Position numbers and translations under genes: made by a program. Shown here in pieces: positions 1-12,752 of a DNA stretch of 64,000 nucleotides; within the stretch, counting starts at the first letter, position 1, and every line of letters starts with the position of its first letter. This DNA is from Octopus vulgaris (lineage: Eukaryota): the NCBI GenBank assembly GCA_951406725.2, contig OX597835.1, positions 11,470,001-11,534,000 of the forward strand, given 5' to 3'. The notes below the pieces were generated by a model. That model worked only from the letters and a program-made list of their open reading frames with translations, ran no database searches and was not told the origin of the DNA.

Positions 1-270
1 CACATTGTGATCAGCGATGTGTAATGTCAAGGCCCTGTTTCACAACTAGATAACCTCCCTATCTCTAAAAGGATAGGACTTGAACTGTAAAATAAACCAT
101 TTTTAATTCTAGCCGCCCTTTGAAAATTTTAGAAAGTGATTACACAGCAAGTTAATACAGAGGTGGCAAGATTGAAAATGTCCTCTAGAATTCCTGTTGT
201 GTAGCAAAAAAGGTATGAAGAAAAGGAGTCTTATCAGGGATAGGACAACTTCTCTAGTACCAGTGATAGA

Positions 271-749
271 ACAAACAGGGGCAATACAGGATTGAGGGGG
301 ACACTATAGTGTTGCTGGTTACAGGGTATCCTCTTCAGTGCTGGTGCCACACAAACAGGGGCAATACAGGATTGAGGGGGACACTATAGTGTTGCTGGTT
401 ACAGGGTAACCTCTTCAGTGCTGGTGCCACACAAACAGGGCAATACAGGATTGAGGGGGACACTATAGTGTTGCTGGTTATAGGGTAACCTCTTCAGTGC
501 TGGTGCCACACAAACAGGGGCAATACAGGATTGAGGGGGACACTATAGTGTTGCTGGTTACAGGGTATCCTCTTCAGTGCTGGTGCCACACAAACAGGGG
601 CAATACAGGATTGAGGGGGACACTATAGTGTTGCTGGTTACAGGGTATCCTCTTCAGTGCTGGTGCCACACAAACAGGGGCAATACAGGATTGAGGGGGA
701 CACTATAGTATTGCTGGTTACAGGGTAACCTCTTCAGTGCTGGTGGCAC
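271..749. repeat. 80-bp minisatellite, 6 near-identical copies
   Basis: Unit acaaacaggggcaatacaggattgagggggacactatagtgttgctggttacagggt(a/t)cctcttcagtgctggtgccac starts at 271, 351, 431, 510, 590 and 670. Confidence 0.97.
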
Positions 750-1285
750 AGTTAAATATACATAGTAGACTTTGTAAGGAAAATGGTGATGGGAAGGGCC
801 TCAAACTGTGGAATTCATGTCAGAAAAAGGAAAGTACAAGTAAGACATGGTCTCTGATTTGTATAAGGGGGAAGTAACTCCACATAAGAACTGAACAGAG
901 AACTGCGATGTCAACCCAGCCCATGCGAGATCAGAATGAAATTCTCCTTTTCCTTGTTATGTATAAATATATTTGAAGAAAGGCAGATAAATACGAGTAG
1001 GCTTATTGCATATGTCTACATATTCTGTGGTCTGTATTTTGTATTCCATTTGAATATATATATGCATTAAGCCTATTCATATTCATTGGTTTTTCAACTC
1101 CCATACCAATTTCACGAGGATCATTTTTATAGCTAACTTCGAACACAGGAAGAATCAGACCTGGATGAAGGAATTGGAGTTCTTTTGTGTCTGTAAATAT
1201 CTATACCATGCTTATTTACATTTCCTACACACCATATATATGTGTGCACTCACACATGCATATATTCATATAAGAATATATATAT

Positions 1286-1327
<42 letters not shown>

Positions 1328-2206
1328 AAAGAATAGGGATTTGGATTCTGGGTAGATACTTTATTAGCACTTTGATACAATCCAGATCTGGCAAACCACA
1401 TTGAATGATAGGGAATGTACAGAATTGGGAAAAACAAATGTTATTTCATTTGATAAGTAAATCCTGAGCTCTCTTCATCGGATTTTATTCAGCATACAGA
1501 ATATACAATCAAGACATCATAAAGAAGAATGGAGAACTACACCCCTTCAAAATTTATTTGTTAAATCGTTATTCTCATCAAATTCCAATCTGACTCAGGT
1601 TTCTGCTGGCTAAGTGCCCTCATGTCCTCTCATGCAGAAGTTCTGTGCATTCACTCGATTTAAAATTAAATCCTTTGCCATCCATATCCAACCGACACAG
1701 TCATTACAATGCAGCATTGTCCACAGTTTTATCCCACGTGGTTAAATATACTTATGTATTCACCTCTCATGCCCCCTAATTATATATATATAAATATATA
1801 TAATTAAAAAGATGGCCAAAGAGAGAGGGGGTAAAAGAGTCTGACTTCTGGCACACAGACAAGAAAATTTATGATTGTAGTCAGCCAAAAATGTTAATTC
1901 CAAATTATCGTTTCCTCATCTTCATTTCTACTCATGCAGAACACAAGCGTACATGCATATACGTACATGTATATACCTGCACATGATTTCGTGTGTATGT
2001 TGTAGGATATTAATTTTGAATGCAATTATCAAACTGATACCTGATCACATGGTATTGTAATTATTTTCTCATCCCCTTCCAAGAAGAATATAACGTAAAG
2101 TTGTCTTTGGCAGTATTCCAATTTTCCAATCTAGTGGATAAAACTTATCGGGTACAGCCTAAAGACCATCCTCCACCACTCTCTCATATATATATATATA
2201 TGTATC

Positions 2207-2500
2207 ATCAACATTATCATTTAATGTTTGTTGTCCATGCTGGCATGGGTTGACTGGTTTGGCCAGGGTTGGGAAGCTAAAAGGCTGCACCAGGATCCAG
2301 TCTGATTTGGTATGGTTTTCTACAGCTGGATGCCCTTCCTAAAGCCAACCACTTTGAGAGTGTAATGGGTGCTTTTACAGGCATGAGCGCCATTTGCATG
2401 ACACTAGTATCTGCCACAACTGCTATTTTACTCAGCTTCACAACATAATGCCAAAGGTCTTGGTCATTGCCTCTGTGAGGCCCAACACTTGAAAGGAACT
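2207..2500 (-). mobile_element. RTE-related 3' UTR/SINE fragment with (GAT)n tail
   Basis: Homologous to 8938-9120 and 3991-4265 (ccatgctggcatgggtt...ctacagctggatgcccttccta). Confidence 0.75.
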
Positions 2501-2508
2501 CATACATA

Positions 2509-2542
<34 letters not shown>

Positions 2543-2685
2543 CACAAATAGATAGGTTTAAGAGACAGATTCACCCTCAAACAAATCAATCATCATTGCA
2601 TGACATTATCCACAATGGGTACATATAGGACTAAATATTAAAATTAGCCAAATTAATACCTTCAAGTCTTATTTCAAATCATATA

Positions 2686-2792
2686 CTTTACTACGCACGT
2701 TTCATGACAACATATTCCTCGATATTGCTGAAATAGAATGTCTCTAAATACAAAAATAATCTAAAACGATTATATTGCCAATCTTCAGGTCT
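2686..2792 (-). ncRNA. Degenerate type I hammerhead ribozyme downstream of a Penelope GIY-YIG remnant
   Basis: Minus strand reads CUGAAGA, stem II uggcaauaua/uauguuguca, GAAA-cgugcg-UA; stem I is decayed to about 2 bp. Confidence 0.55.
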
Positions 2793-3667
2793 ATATTATA
2801 TGAACTTATTTTGCTATTTACATCCTATATAAAGACATGACAAACTAAAATTATGTAACTAGAAGTTGTTGGAATAATTTTACGTTAGTAAATAATGAAC
2901 AGAAATGTGGAATAAAAGTAAGAAAAAGAAATGTTAGTAAAAAGAAATGTTATCTGTATGGTAATTTTCTCTCCATGAATTAAACATGGCTACCAGCAAT
3001 CGTATAATCCAACATTGAGAGCTACTTTGTAGGGGAGATAATTCTTACTAATATTTAAAAGTTCTTAAAAGTTATTTTCTATTATTTATAATAATTCAAG
3101 AGAAGCTAGAAGTGAGTGTATGATGGGAATAGTCTTTTCTTTTTCTTGGTTAATTTATCTTATTTATATGTTAACTTTGATAAATAATAAATTTCTAGGT
3201 CGGTAAATAGGTAAACTAAATTACTCAACATATAATTTCAAAATATTAAAAAATATTTTGAAATAAGTAAAAGTCAGTAAAAATTAGTAAAATTCAGTAA
3301 GAATCTAATTTTTTATTATTTTTATAATTATAATATGATTAATATACATTGATTATACTATTATTCTTAAAATTGATGTTATTCTTAAAACTGAGTTTCT
3401 AAATTAATATTAAAAATTTAGAATAATACCATCGAATATTATACTATAAATTTTTATTAAGAAACTAAAATATCTGAAATTAGAAGTTAATTAAATATTA
3501 TCTTACATTTATATATAAGTAAGTAGATATATTCTAGTTATACTAAATAATAAAATATGATTATACATTATATCTAAGTATTATGATTAAATTTTATTTG
3601 ATTTAAAATTAGGGTTTTATTTATTTTCTAAAGAATCAAATGTTATCTCATCTTATTAAATAGACAA

Positions 3668-3980
3668 TTCAGTTTATGTTTACATTTAAGTTTTCGTTCT
3701 TCCTGGGTGTTGATCAGTCTTATTTTAGCTTTTAATATTTCCATAAATTCGTGTGTACACAGAAGACAGAATTCATTACCTATTCTATATGATTTCGTTT
3801 TACATATTTCCCATTTTAATTTATACTTTATATCTTTAGTTTTTAATTCTCATATATATTTACTTAAGCCTGTCGAGTTCATCAATTTTTTTAATCTTAA
3901 AAGAGTACAAATGCTGAGCCACCCTTTATTTAATTTTATTAGATGTTGATCCAATGTAAGTCGCATTTTGATTTTCTCTA
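3668..3980 (-). mobile_element. Penelope-like element, decayed GIY-YIG endonuclease C-terminus
   Basis: Manual translation with stops/frameshifts: ATYIGSTSNKIK*RVAQHLYSFK...STGLSKYI*ELK...YKLKWEI...FCLLCTHE...LINTQEERKLKCKH. Confidence 0.75.
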
Positions 3981-3990
3981 TTTTTATATA

Positions 3991-4265
3991 CATCATCATC
4001 ATCATCATCATTTAGCATCCGTTTTCCATGCTAGCATGGGTTGGACGGTTCAACTGGGGTCTGTGAAGCCAGAAGGCTGCATCAGGCCCAGTCTGATCTG
4101 GCAGTTTTTCTACAGCTGGATGCCCTTCCTAACACCAACCACTCCGCGAATGTAGTGGGTGCTTTTTACATGCCACCCGCACAGGTGCCAGACGGTGCTG
4201 GCAAACGGCCATGAACAGATGGTGCTTTTACGTGCCACCAGCACGGGGGCCAGGCGAGGCTGGCA
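3991..4265 (-). mobile_element. RTE LINE 3' UTR fragment with (GAT)n tail
   Basis: Strong similarity to 8938-9215; (cat)n run at 3991-4011. Confidence 0.8.
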
Positions 4266-4864
4266 TGTATATTTTCCAACTCTACAAGAACCTCCATGCC
4301 AAAATCTGAAGCTTCATAAATTTCTTCAGAAACATATGGTTTGTCTTTGATCCTGCTCATTTATTTATACACACACACACACACACACACACATACATAC
4401 ATACATACATACATTAGCACAATATGTACTCATGAGAATCGATATAGTAGTGGATATAAACGTTGGTTTGTTGATTTCTCCAGTCAAGCTTAGACAGCAA
4501 AGAGATAGAGGAGAGCAAGAAAGAGCAAGAGAGAAATACAAAGAGTTATCATAAAAGAACTAAAGGTGTCAGAAGAATGCTGAAATTGACAAATAGTGGC
4601 AGGGGCTGATAAAGATGTTAAAACTTATCTAATTGATGAGTGCCAGCTACACGAGATGTTTACGCACACAGACATAAGTCTCAATAAAAGTTTAAACTTG
4701 ACTAACAGCTGGTAGGGAGAGGTAAAGAAGCCATAAGTTTGTGTGTATATTTATTTATATTAATTTAAATTTATTAAAAAAATTCCAATTTTTACCCACC
4801 ATTAATCATTAAAAAAAATTACTATTTTTAAATCTCCCAATGAGAGATATTCAGCAACAGTACT

Positions 4865-5155
4865 TTGTAGTAAAGATTGTTTGCCTACATAACATGGCCA
4901 TCCTGGTTTAGGACAAATGTTGCTGTAATTTAGCCCCAGGACACATCGTCTCCAGCTGGCTATACGACATGATCTGCATCCTTATATTTTTGAACAAGGG
5001 AATCTAGCACCCCCACTCAGCTCAAAACAATATCTGTGTATCGCGATTTGCGGGTTATTTCCCTTCATCAGCACAGAATAATTGTGCTAAATTACAGTTA
5101 CATTTGTCCTAAACCAGGACTGCCATGCTATTTTGGCAAACAGTCTTTACTACAA
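4865..5155. mobile_element. Fold-back element with ~68-bp imperfect terminal inverted repeats
   Basis: gtagtaaagattgtttgcc...ggacaaatgttgctgtaatttagc versus gctaaattacagttacatttgtcc...ggcaaacagtctttactac. Confidence 0.8.
5033..5077 (-). ncRNA. Minimal hammerhead-like motif with a damaged GAAA box
   Basis: ucugug-CUGAUGA-a-ggg(aaauaa)ccc-GCAAA-ucgcga-UA-cacaga: 6-bp stem I and palindromic stem III. Confidence 0.6.
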
Positions 5156-5227
5156 TTAATCATTAAATCAGGTTTTTCAAGTTTTTTTTTTTAATTCAAG
5201 AATATATTTATCTTTCAGATTTAATCA

Positions 5228-5340
5228 CATCATCATCATCATTGTTCGACAGTGGTCGAGACAATGGAATTTACCATGCTACGCCAGACTTCATGGTCCA
5301 TCATGGCATTACAGAGGTCCTGTTGCTGGATGCCTGTATA
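5228..5340 (-). mobile_element. RTE-type LINE extreme 3' end
   Basis: Minus frame TGIQQQDLCNAMMDHEVWRSMVNSIVSTTVEQ* followed by (GAT)n. Confidence 0.65.
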
Positions 5341-5446
5341 TATATATAATTATATTTAATTATATTTAATTTATATAAAATTTTTTATGTATTGGCTTAA
5401 GTCTTTCTTTGTTTGATTTGCATAATAGTGGTTTTGTCTCTAATTA

Positions 5447-5494
<48 letters not shown>

Positions 5495-5609
5495 GCTTAG
5501 CTATACGCTGGTTTGGTTTCTCCAGTCATGCTTTACATGATATAGAGAGGGGGAAAGTGAGAGAAAAAGAGGAATAAATAGAGGGGGTGTGAAGGTAAAA
5601 GAAAGTACA

Positions 5610-5966
5610 GTATGTGTTAATACATGAAATGCTGGGTGAGTGTTCATAACTTTCTGAAAAATATTACTGTTTTTATATGCAAAGCAGACGTAGGCTTTTG
5701 ACAAAGTAGTTTGCGATTATGTTGACATTCAGAATAATAACTTTTATAATATATATAAAAATAAGAAATATGTAGTATTTGATTATATTTTACGGTAATA
5801 AATATCTTTCTTTTGAAAATTAATATTCATTTCATTATTTCGTGTAAGCACAGAGGAATTTGATAAAAGCCATATAATCATTGTAGATAAGCTTTATTCT
5901 GTGCTATCAACAATGGTGGCAAAAATACACTTCCCAAGGTATCTGTCATATGACAGGTAATACTAG
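5610..5966 (+). mobile_element. Helitron-like 3' portion (5' end undefined)
   Basis: 14-bp palindrome ctgtcatatgacag at 5943-5956 followed by CTAG|T; second copy ends at 10567; related end near 35910-35966. Confidence 0.6.
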
Positions 5967-6134
5967 TCATCATCATAATCATTTAACACCTGTCTTCCAT
6001 GCTGGCATGGATTAGATAGTTTGACGGTAACTAACCAATGCAGTCGAAACATATAGGTCTGTCTATTTGAGGCTGGTTTTAAATATAAAAATTAATTAAA
6101 GGTAATGCTAATGCCACTTCACCATAATCCTTAA

Positions 6135-6507
6135 TCTCCCTATATATAAACGGCAGTTTGTCTGTGTGTGTTTCTGTGTGTCTGTTAGGTTGTACCCTCA
6201 CCCTGACCACGGCTTTCAACCGATTCTGATGAAACTTGACACACACATAGCCCAATGTCATAATTCAAAACTAACGCAGCGAAAATTTTGAAAAGTTCCC
6301 CCAGTTCTGAAATAAATCGATAAATTCGACATGGGGTCCAGAATCAGAAACACAAACCACAGACGGTCTAGGGGACGCAACTCGACCTTTTTAACTAAAA
6401 AAAAATTTACCATCATTTTTTTTTTCCATTTTTTGGCTATAACTCTCTAAAAATGCTTTATAGTTATTTCCCTTACAAACCCGAGCAACGCCGGGCGATA
6501 CTGCTAG
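6135..6507 (+). mobile_element. Non-autonomous Helitron
   Basis: A|TC 5' end, subterminal hairpin cccgagcaacgccggg, CTAG|T 3' end, no TSD. Confidence 0.85.
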
Positions 6508-7000
6508 TATATATATATATATATATAACTTGTAAAATTGAACAGAGTCAAGAATGAGTATGTTTAGACGGCTATTTAATAAACGCTACACGTTTTGATA
6601 CAACATAGATCCACATATACACAGGAAGTATACCGTAATATTACCAGCTGTTTGGTGATTCTAAGGGTGAAGAAGCTCTACTTTGTACTATAAAACGTTT
6701 CTAACAGAATACACCTTAAATATATAACTTTTAGGCGTGTGATATTTCATTATATATCACTGGTCACAATGCACTTTGCATCGTTTTAGCTTTTGAATGA
6801 TGCCACCACACTGGCTTGGTGAGAAGCCCAACATTCCCACCTGATCACAGGGTGACACATTTACGGCTGAGTAGACTGGACCAATAGGAAATGAAGTGTT
6901 TTGCTCAAAAACACAATGCAGAGCTCAGTCTGGGAATCAAACCCACAATCTGGCAATCAAGAGTGCAACACCCTAACCACTAGGCCATGCTGTGTGTGTT

Positions 7001-7385
7001 GGTGCAGGCATGGCTGTGTGGTAAGAAGCTTGCTTCCCAACCACATGGTTCCAGGTTCAGTTCAACCGTGTGGTACATTGGGCAAGTATCTTCTACCCTA
7101 GCCTCAACCTGACCAAAGCCTTGTGAGTAGATTTAGTAGACGGAAACTGAAAGAAGCCCATTGTATATACAAGTATATATATTTGTGTGTCTGTTTGTCC
7201 CCCCCACCGTCACTTGACAACTGATGGTGGTGTGTTTACATCCTCATAACTTAACAGTTCGGCAAATAGATAGAATAAGTACTAGGCTTACAAAGAATAA
7301 GTCCAAGGGTTGATTTGTTCAACTAAAAGGCAGTGCTCCAGCAGGGCCGCAATCAAATGACAAACCAACAAAAGAATAAAAGAAT
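7001..7385 (+). mobile_element. SINE family C (tRNA-like head, CORE-like ttgggcaagt segment, internal TA/GT tract)
   Basis: Homologous to 32175-32585 and 61358-61767. Confidence 0.8.
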
Positions 7386-7403
7386 ATACATATAATATAT
7401 ATC

Positions 7404-7622
7404 TATTTCTTTATTGCCCACAGGGGGCTAAACATAGAGAGGAGAAACAAGGAGAGACAAAGGGATTTAGTCGATTACATCGACCCCAATGATTAACTGG
7501 TACTTATTTAATCGACCCCGAAAAGATGAAAGGCAAAGTCGACCTTGGCAGAATTTGAACTCTGATGAAATACCGGTGTGCATTTTGCCCGGCATGCTCA
7601 CGATTCTGCCAGCTCGCTACCC
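7404..7622 (-). mobile_element. SINE family B with tail Y
   Basis: Shares core gcctttcatcc/tttcggggtcgat and tail ...ccccctgtgggcaataaagaaata. Confidence 0.8.
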
Positions 7623-7709
7623 TAATATAATATCTATCCCTTATCTTTTATTTGTTTCAGTCATTAGACTGTGGTCATGCTGGGGCACCACCTTATGTAT
7701 GTATGCATG

Positions 7710-7749
<40 letters not shown>

Positions 7750-7761
<12 letters not shown>

Positions 7762-7922
7762 CCCTGTAAGTTAGGAATAATATTCCCTCAAATTATATAT
7801 ATGTATATATATATATAATTTTTCCCTGTAAGTTAGGAATAATATTCCCTCAAATTATATATATGTATATATATATATATAATTTTTCCCTGTAAGTTAG
7901 GAATAATATTACCACAAATTAT
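7750..7922. repeat. Three ~62-bp tandem units separated by (TA)n
   Basis: aatttt(t)ccctgtaagttaggaataatattccctcaaattat repeated three times. Confidence 0.9.
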
Positions 7923-7936
7923 TATTATTGTTATAT

Positions 7937-7971
<35 letters not shown>

Positions 7972-8937
7972 ATCACCATCCCCCCTCTATAGCCTTTTGT
8001 CCATGCTGGCATATATATATATTCATATATTTATATTCACATGTACACACACACACACACACACACACATACCTACCCATGTGCAAATACTGTCATATAC
8101 TTGCACACACCATTGTATTTGTGCTGAGACCAACATTTTCTCTTTTCATGACTAAGTGAAATTGTTTGTGTGTAGAATTAATGGGGCAAAAGTTAATTAA
8201 ACTCGTTATGCTATGTTAGGTAAAAGTTCAAGTGTAGATATTTACATAAGACTCCTGAAGACGAGAAGAGAATATATGTTACCATGAGGCTTACATACAA
8301 CCACAAAGAAACCTACTCAATGTCTGTGTAACCCATAGTAACAGATATTCCGTATTTCAAGTCTTTTCTTTGTGATCCATTGATAAGGACATAAAGTCAT
8401 TGCCTCAACAACCTGTTTAACAGTCGTGAGTGAGTGTTTGTTTGTTTGTTGATGTTCGTGTGTGTTTGTGTATATAAGGTAACATTATGTCTACATACAG
8501 CAGATGAACAAACCTTCTAGAGCTAAAAAGAGATTTCGATACATCGCTTTAGTGAGATGTATTGAACCCCAGCCAAGTAATTTACTTTAACCCCCTTAAT
8601 ATATCATCCCGTATATTTACATGCAGAAATGTCTAGTAAATATATATTTGAATGAAAATATACATCCACTGTACTCTGAGGTATCTGTCCCTTATTTCTA
8701 ACCCCTAATGCTTTGTTCATCATGTTATTCCTGTTTTCTATCCTTAATCATCAGTAACTTCATAATAAATCATAATGGATCCGTACTTACTTTCCCTTTT
8801 ATACAGACTCAAAATAAATAAATAAAAAAAAGGCAAAGTCGACCTCGGCGGAATTTGAACTCAGAACGTAGTGGCAGACAAAATACTGCTAAGCATTTCA
8901 CTCAGCGTGCTAACATTTCTACCAGCTCGCCACCTTC

Positions 8938-9933
8938 AACATCATTATCATCATCGTTTAACGTCTGCTTTCCATGCTAGCATGGGTTGGACGGTTCGAC
9001 CGGGGATCTGGGAAGCCAGAAGGCTGCACCAGGCCAGTCAGATCTGGCAGTGTTTCTACAGCTGGATGCCCTTCCTAACGCCAACCATTCCGTGAGTGTA
9101 GTGGGTGCTTTTTACGTGCCACTGACACAGGTGCCAAATGAGGCTGGCGAATGGCCACGCTCGGATGGTGCTTTTTACGTGCCACCGGCATGGAGGCCAG
9201 GCGAGGCTGGCAACGGCAACGATTGGATGGTGTTTGTTATGTGCCGCCGACATGGAGGCCAGTCGATGTGGCGCTGGCTACGGCCATGTTCGGATGGTTC
9301 TCTTACATGCCACCGGCACTCGGCACTGGCTACAGCCACGTTCGGATGGTTCTCTTACGTGCCACCGGCATTGGTATCACAACTACAAATTCCATTGATG
9401 TTGATCGATTTTGATTTTCACTTGCCTCAACAGGTCTTCACAAGTAGAGTTATGTGTCCCAAGAAGGAAGGTATGCACAGGTGGACTGACTACGTCCCAG
9501 GTAGAGTTATGGCCTCACTTGTCCTGCCGGGTCTTCTCACGCACAGCATACTTCCAAAGGTCTCGGTCTCTGGTCATTTCCTCGGTGAGACCTAAAGAGT
9601 GATGGTTGTGCTTCACCACCTCATCCCGGGTTTTCCTGGGTCTACCTCTTCCACAGGTTCCCTCAACCACTAGGGTGTGGCACTTTTTCACACAACTATC
9701 TTCATCCATTCTTACCACGTGTCCGTACCAGCGTAGACATCTCTTACACACCACATCTGATGCTTCTTAGTTCCAGCTTTTCTCTCAAGGCACTTACACT
9801 CTGTCGGGTATGAACACTGACATTACACATCCATCGGAGAATACTGGCTTCATTTCTTGCAAGCTTACGCATATCCTCAGCAGTCACGGCCCATGTTTCA
9901 CTGCCGGGTAGCATGGCTGTTCGTACATGTGCA
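8938..9933 (-). mobile_element. 5'-truncated RTE-clade LINE: ORF C-terminus, 3' UTR and (GAT)n tail
   Basis: VRTAMLPGSETWAVTAEDMRKLARNEASILRWMCNVS... then frameshift to LRWYGHVVRMDEDSCVKK...GRGRPRKT...DRDLWK; the UTR has internal tandem sub-repeats. Confidence 0.9.
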
Positions 9934-9957
9934 TATTCGTATCTATTATATTAAAGT

Positions 9958-10074
9958 CTGAAGGCTGGAGGGTATATCAGCCGAAACGTTGTCTTAACAA
10001 CAAACAAGATGAGGACAAATATCCGTCAAATGTAAATAATGTACATAATTCCACATCTCTTAAATATTGAACTG
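9958..10074 (+). mobile_element. Truncated solo copy of the Penelope terminal repeat seen at 31729-31853
   Basis: ggctggagggtatatcagccgaaacgttgt...cttaaatattgaactg near-identical; hammerhead core truncated. Confidence 0.85.
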
Positions 10075-10210
10075 CATTAGACAATTTAAATCTGGACAGC
10101 TCCTCAGCTCTTGTCAAACCATCTAACCCATGCCAACATGGAAAATGGACACTAAACGATGATGATGATGATGATGATATATGTATGTATGTGTGTGAGT
10201 GTGTATATGT

Positions 10211-10642
10211 GTATGTGTTAACATATGAGATGCTGGGTGAATGTTCATAACTTTCTGAAAAATATTACTGTTTTTATATGCAAAGCAGACGTAGGCTTTT
10301 GACAAAGTAGTTTGAGATTATGTTGACATTCAGAATAATAACTTTTATAATATATATAAAAATAAGAAATATGTAGTATTTGATTATATTTTAAAGTATT
10401 AAATATCTTTCTTTTGAAAATTAATATTCATTTCATTATTTCGTGTAAGCACAGAGGAATTTGATAAAAGTCATATAATCACTGTAGATAAGCTTTATTC
10501 TGTGCTATTAACTATGGTGGCAAAAATACACTTCCTAAGGTATCTGTCATATGACAGGTAATACTAGTCATCATCATAATCATCCAACACGTCTTCCATG
10601 CTGGCATGGGTTAGATAGTTTGACGGTAACTAACCAATGCAG
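10211..10642 (+). repeat. Near-identical duplicate of 5610-6043
   Basis: Colinear ~430 bp including the Helitron-like end and ~75 bp of its 3' flank. Confidence 0.93.
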
Positions 10643-12114
10643 ATGAGGAATTATCTACGTGTTTGTTCCTCCACCACTGCTTGACAACCAGAGTTGGCTT
10701 GTTTACAACTCCATAACTTAGCACTTGGTCAAAAAAAGAACAATATAATGAGTACCAGGCTTTAAAATAACAGGTACTGGGATCAATTTATTCATCTAAA
10801 CCTTTCAACGTCATGCATCAGCAGGGCTGCAGTCCAATGATCCAAGCAAGCAAAAGATGGAAGAGTGTCTCTAATAAAAATAACCATCAACAATGGACCT
10901 CAGAGATTAGGCAAACAAGGTTATGTTCACTTGAGAATACTAGAAAGCTTATCGCTACATCATTTGTACTTTCTTAGGGCTTGACAAAATTTTCTTCCAA
11001 TTGTTGTGTTTTTAGAATGGTGGAATCTTTGGAATTGAAAATGTACAGCACTATTAGAATTTCATTGCTTACTTGGAGGCCTCACTTTTATTCATTTTCG
11101 TCTTTTCTTAGCTATGGAAAAAAATGCATCTTTAATGTACTTTGTTTAGGCCGCATACCTGACCAAAATAAATTGATTCTCAAAACACATTATCTGGCAA
11201 TACTTGGTTTTTGGTGTTGTGTATTTACACCAATCTCCAGAATTTTTCCTTTCGTAAAGTCTCGGTTTTTTTTTTTCTCTTTTCTTTTACAATTTGAACA
11301 TTTTTATATTTCATATTTACTCTTAATATATTGTGACACCAAGTACCTAAGGTAAAAAGCTGTTTTCTATACATGTTCCCGCTTTTATAAAATCTACAAC
11401 CATGTAGCTACATGTACAATGCACACACACACACACACACACACACAATATGCATAATACACAATACATACACATGCAAATATACACATATGATATATGC
11501 ACATTGCATATACACAAATACATGCACATGCAATATGCATAATATGCACAATATATAATACCTATGCAAACATAATGTATATGCATGTGCATAATAGATA
11601 TTTATGATGCATAATACATGCATATATATACAAGACATACACATTACAATGCAATGAGGCATGCAAATATGCACAATACACAATACATATGCATACAATA
11701 TGCATACTACATGCATACAAAATAGGCATAAAAGTACACACATACACATGTATGTAATACACATGCACACACATTACGTGTTTATGATACATATGCACAT
11801 ACATAGTATGCAGATATATGCAAAACACACTTGCATTAAAGACGAAATATGCAATAGGAAAGAGTGGAGTTCTGAATACTGTACACAGCATGTAATTTAC
11901 CAAAGTTTCTCTCCAAGTTGGAGACAACACAAAACCTAAAGCAAATCTTAGCGACCCTCAAGAAAGCAAGAAGATTTTAATTAAGACAATTTGCAAACAG
12001 ATTTTCATCATTAGAGGTGTAATTACAAATCCTCATGGCCGGTGAAAGTGTATGAAAATGCAAAAAAACTGAGCTGTTGCCAAGGTAGGACTAAGTTATA
12101 CTGACGGGGTTTAA

Positions 12115-12333
12115 CCCTTTAGTGTTCAGATTATTCTATCAAACATAATGCTTATTGATTCCCATTGATTTGAATTAATCATGCATTATCTCATATCTTC
12201 AAGATCTTGATGGTGTAATTACTTAATGTGGAATAACATTGTAGGGTAGGTGTGAGAGCCTGGATCTGGTCAGTTTGAACATAAAACAGATTAGCTATTT
12301 TGGCCGGATATGGCCGGTTTAAATACTAAAGGA
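12115..12333. mobile_element. piggyBac-type MITE
   Basis: TTAA|ccctttagtgtt ... aatactaaagga|TTAA. Confidence 0.75.
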
Positions 12334-12337
12334 TTAA

Positions 12338-12752
12338 GGCGGCGAGCTTGTAGAAACGTTAGCACGCCAGGCGAAATGTGTAGCCGTATTTCGTCTGCCG
12401 TTACGTTCTGAGTTCAAATTCTGCTGAGATCGTCTTTGCCTTTCATCCTTTTGGGGTCGATAAATAAAGTACCAGTTACGCACTGGGGTCGATGTAATCG
12501 ACTTAATACCTATGTCTGTCCTTGTTTGTCCCCTCTATGTTTAGCCCCTTGTGGGTAGTAAAGAAATACGTATTTCGTCTGCCGTTACGTTCTGAGTTCA
12601 AATTCCGCTGAGGTCGTCTTTGCCTTTCATCCTTTCGGGGTCGATAAATAAAGTACCAGTTTCGCACTGGGGTTGATGTAATCAACTTAAACCCTTTGTC
12701 TGTTCTTGTTTGTCCCCCTCTATGTTTAGCCCTTGTGGGCAATAAAGAAATA
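12338..12752 (+). mobile_element. SINE family B head-to-tail dimer
   Basis: Head ggcggcgagct, B-box gagttcaaattc, second unit restarts at gtatttcgtctgcc (~12570). Confidence 0.88.

Noticed and set aside
300-309. GACACTATAG matching the SP6 promoter core in the 80-bp repeat
   Set aside because: Upstream ATTTAGGT is absent and there is no vector context; a chance 10-mer
271-749. CRISPR-like array
   Set aside because: Units are contiguous with no unique spacers; eukaryotic context, no cas genes
3100-3650. Mitochondrial insertion (very AT-rich)
   Set aside because: No mitochondrial gene or tRNA recognised; lies between Penelope parts
8255-8350. Hammerhead starting at CUGAAGA with a long stem
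   Set aside because: No GAAA box or stem I partner downstream
8987-9595. 202-aa plus-strand ORF
   Set aside because: Antisense of the RTE 3' UTR tandem sub-repeats
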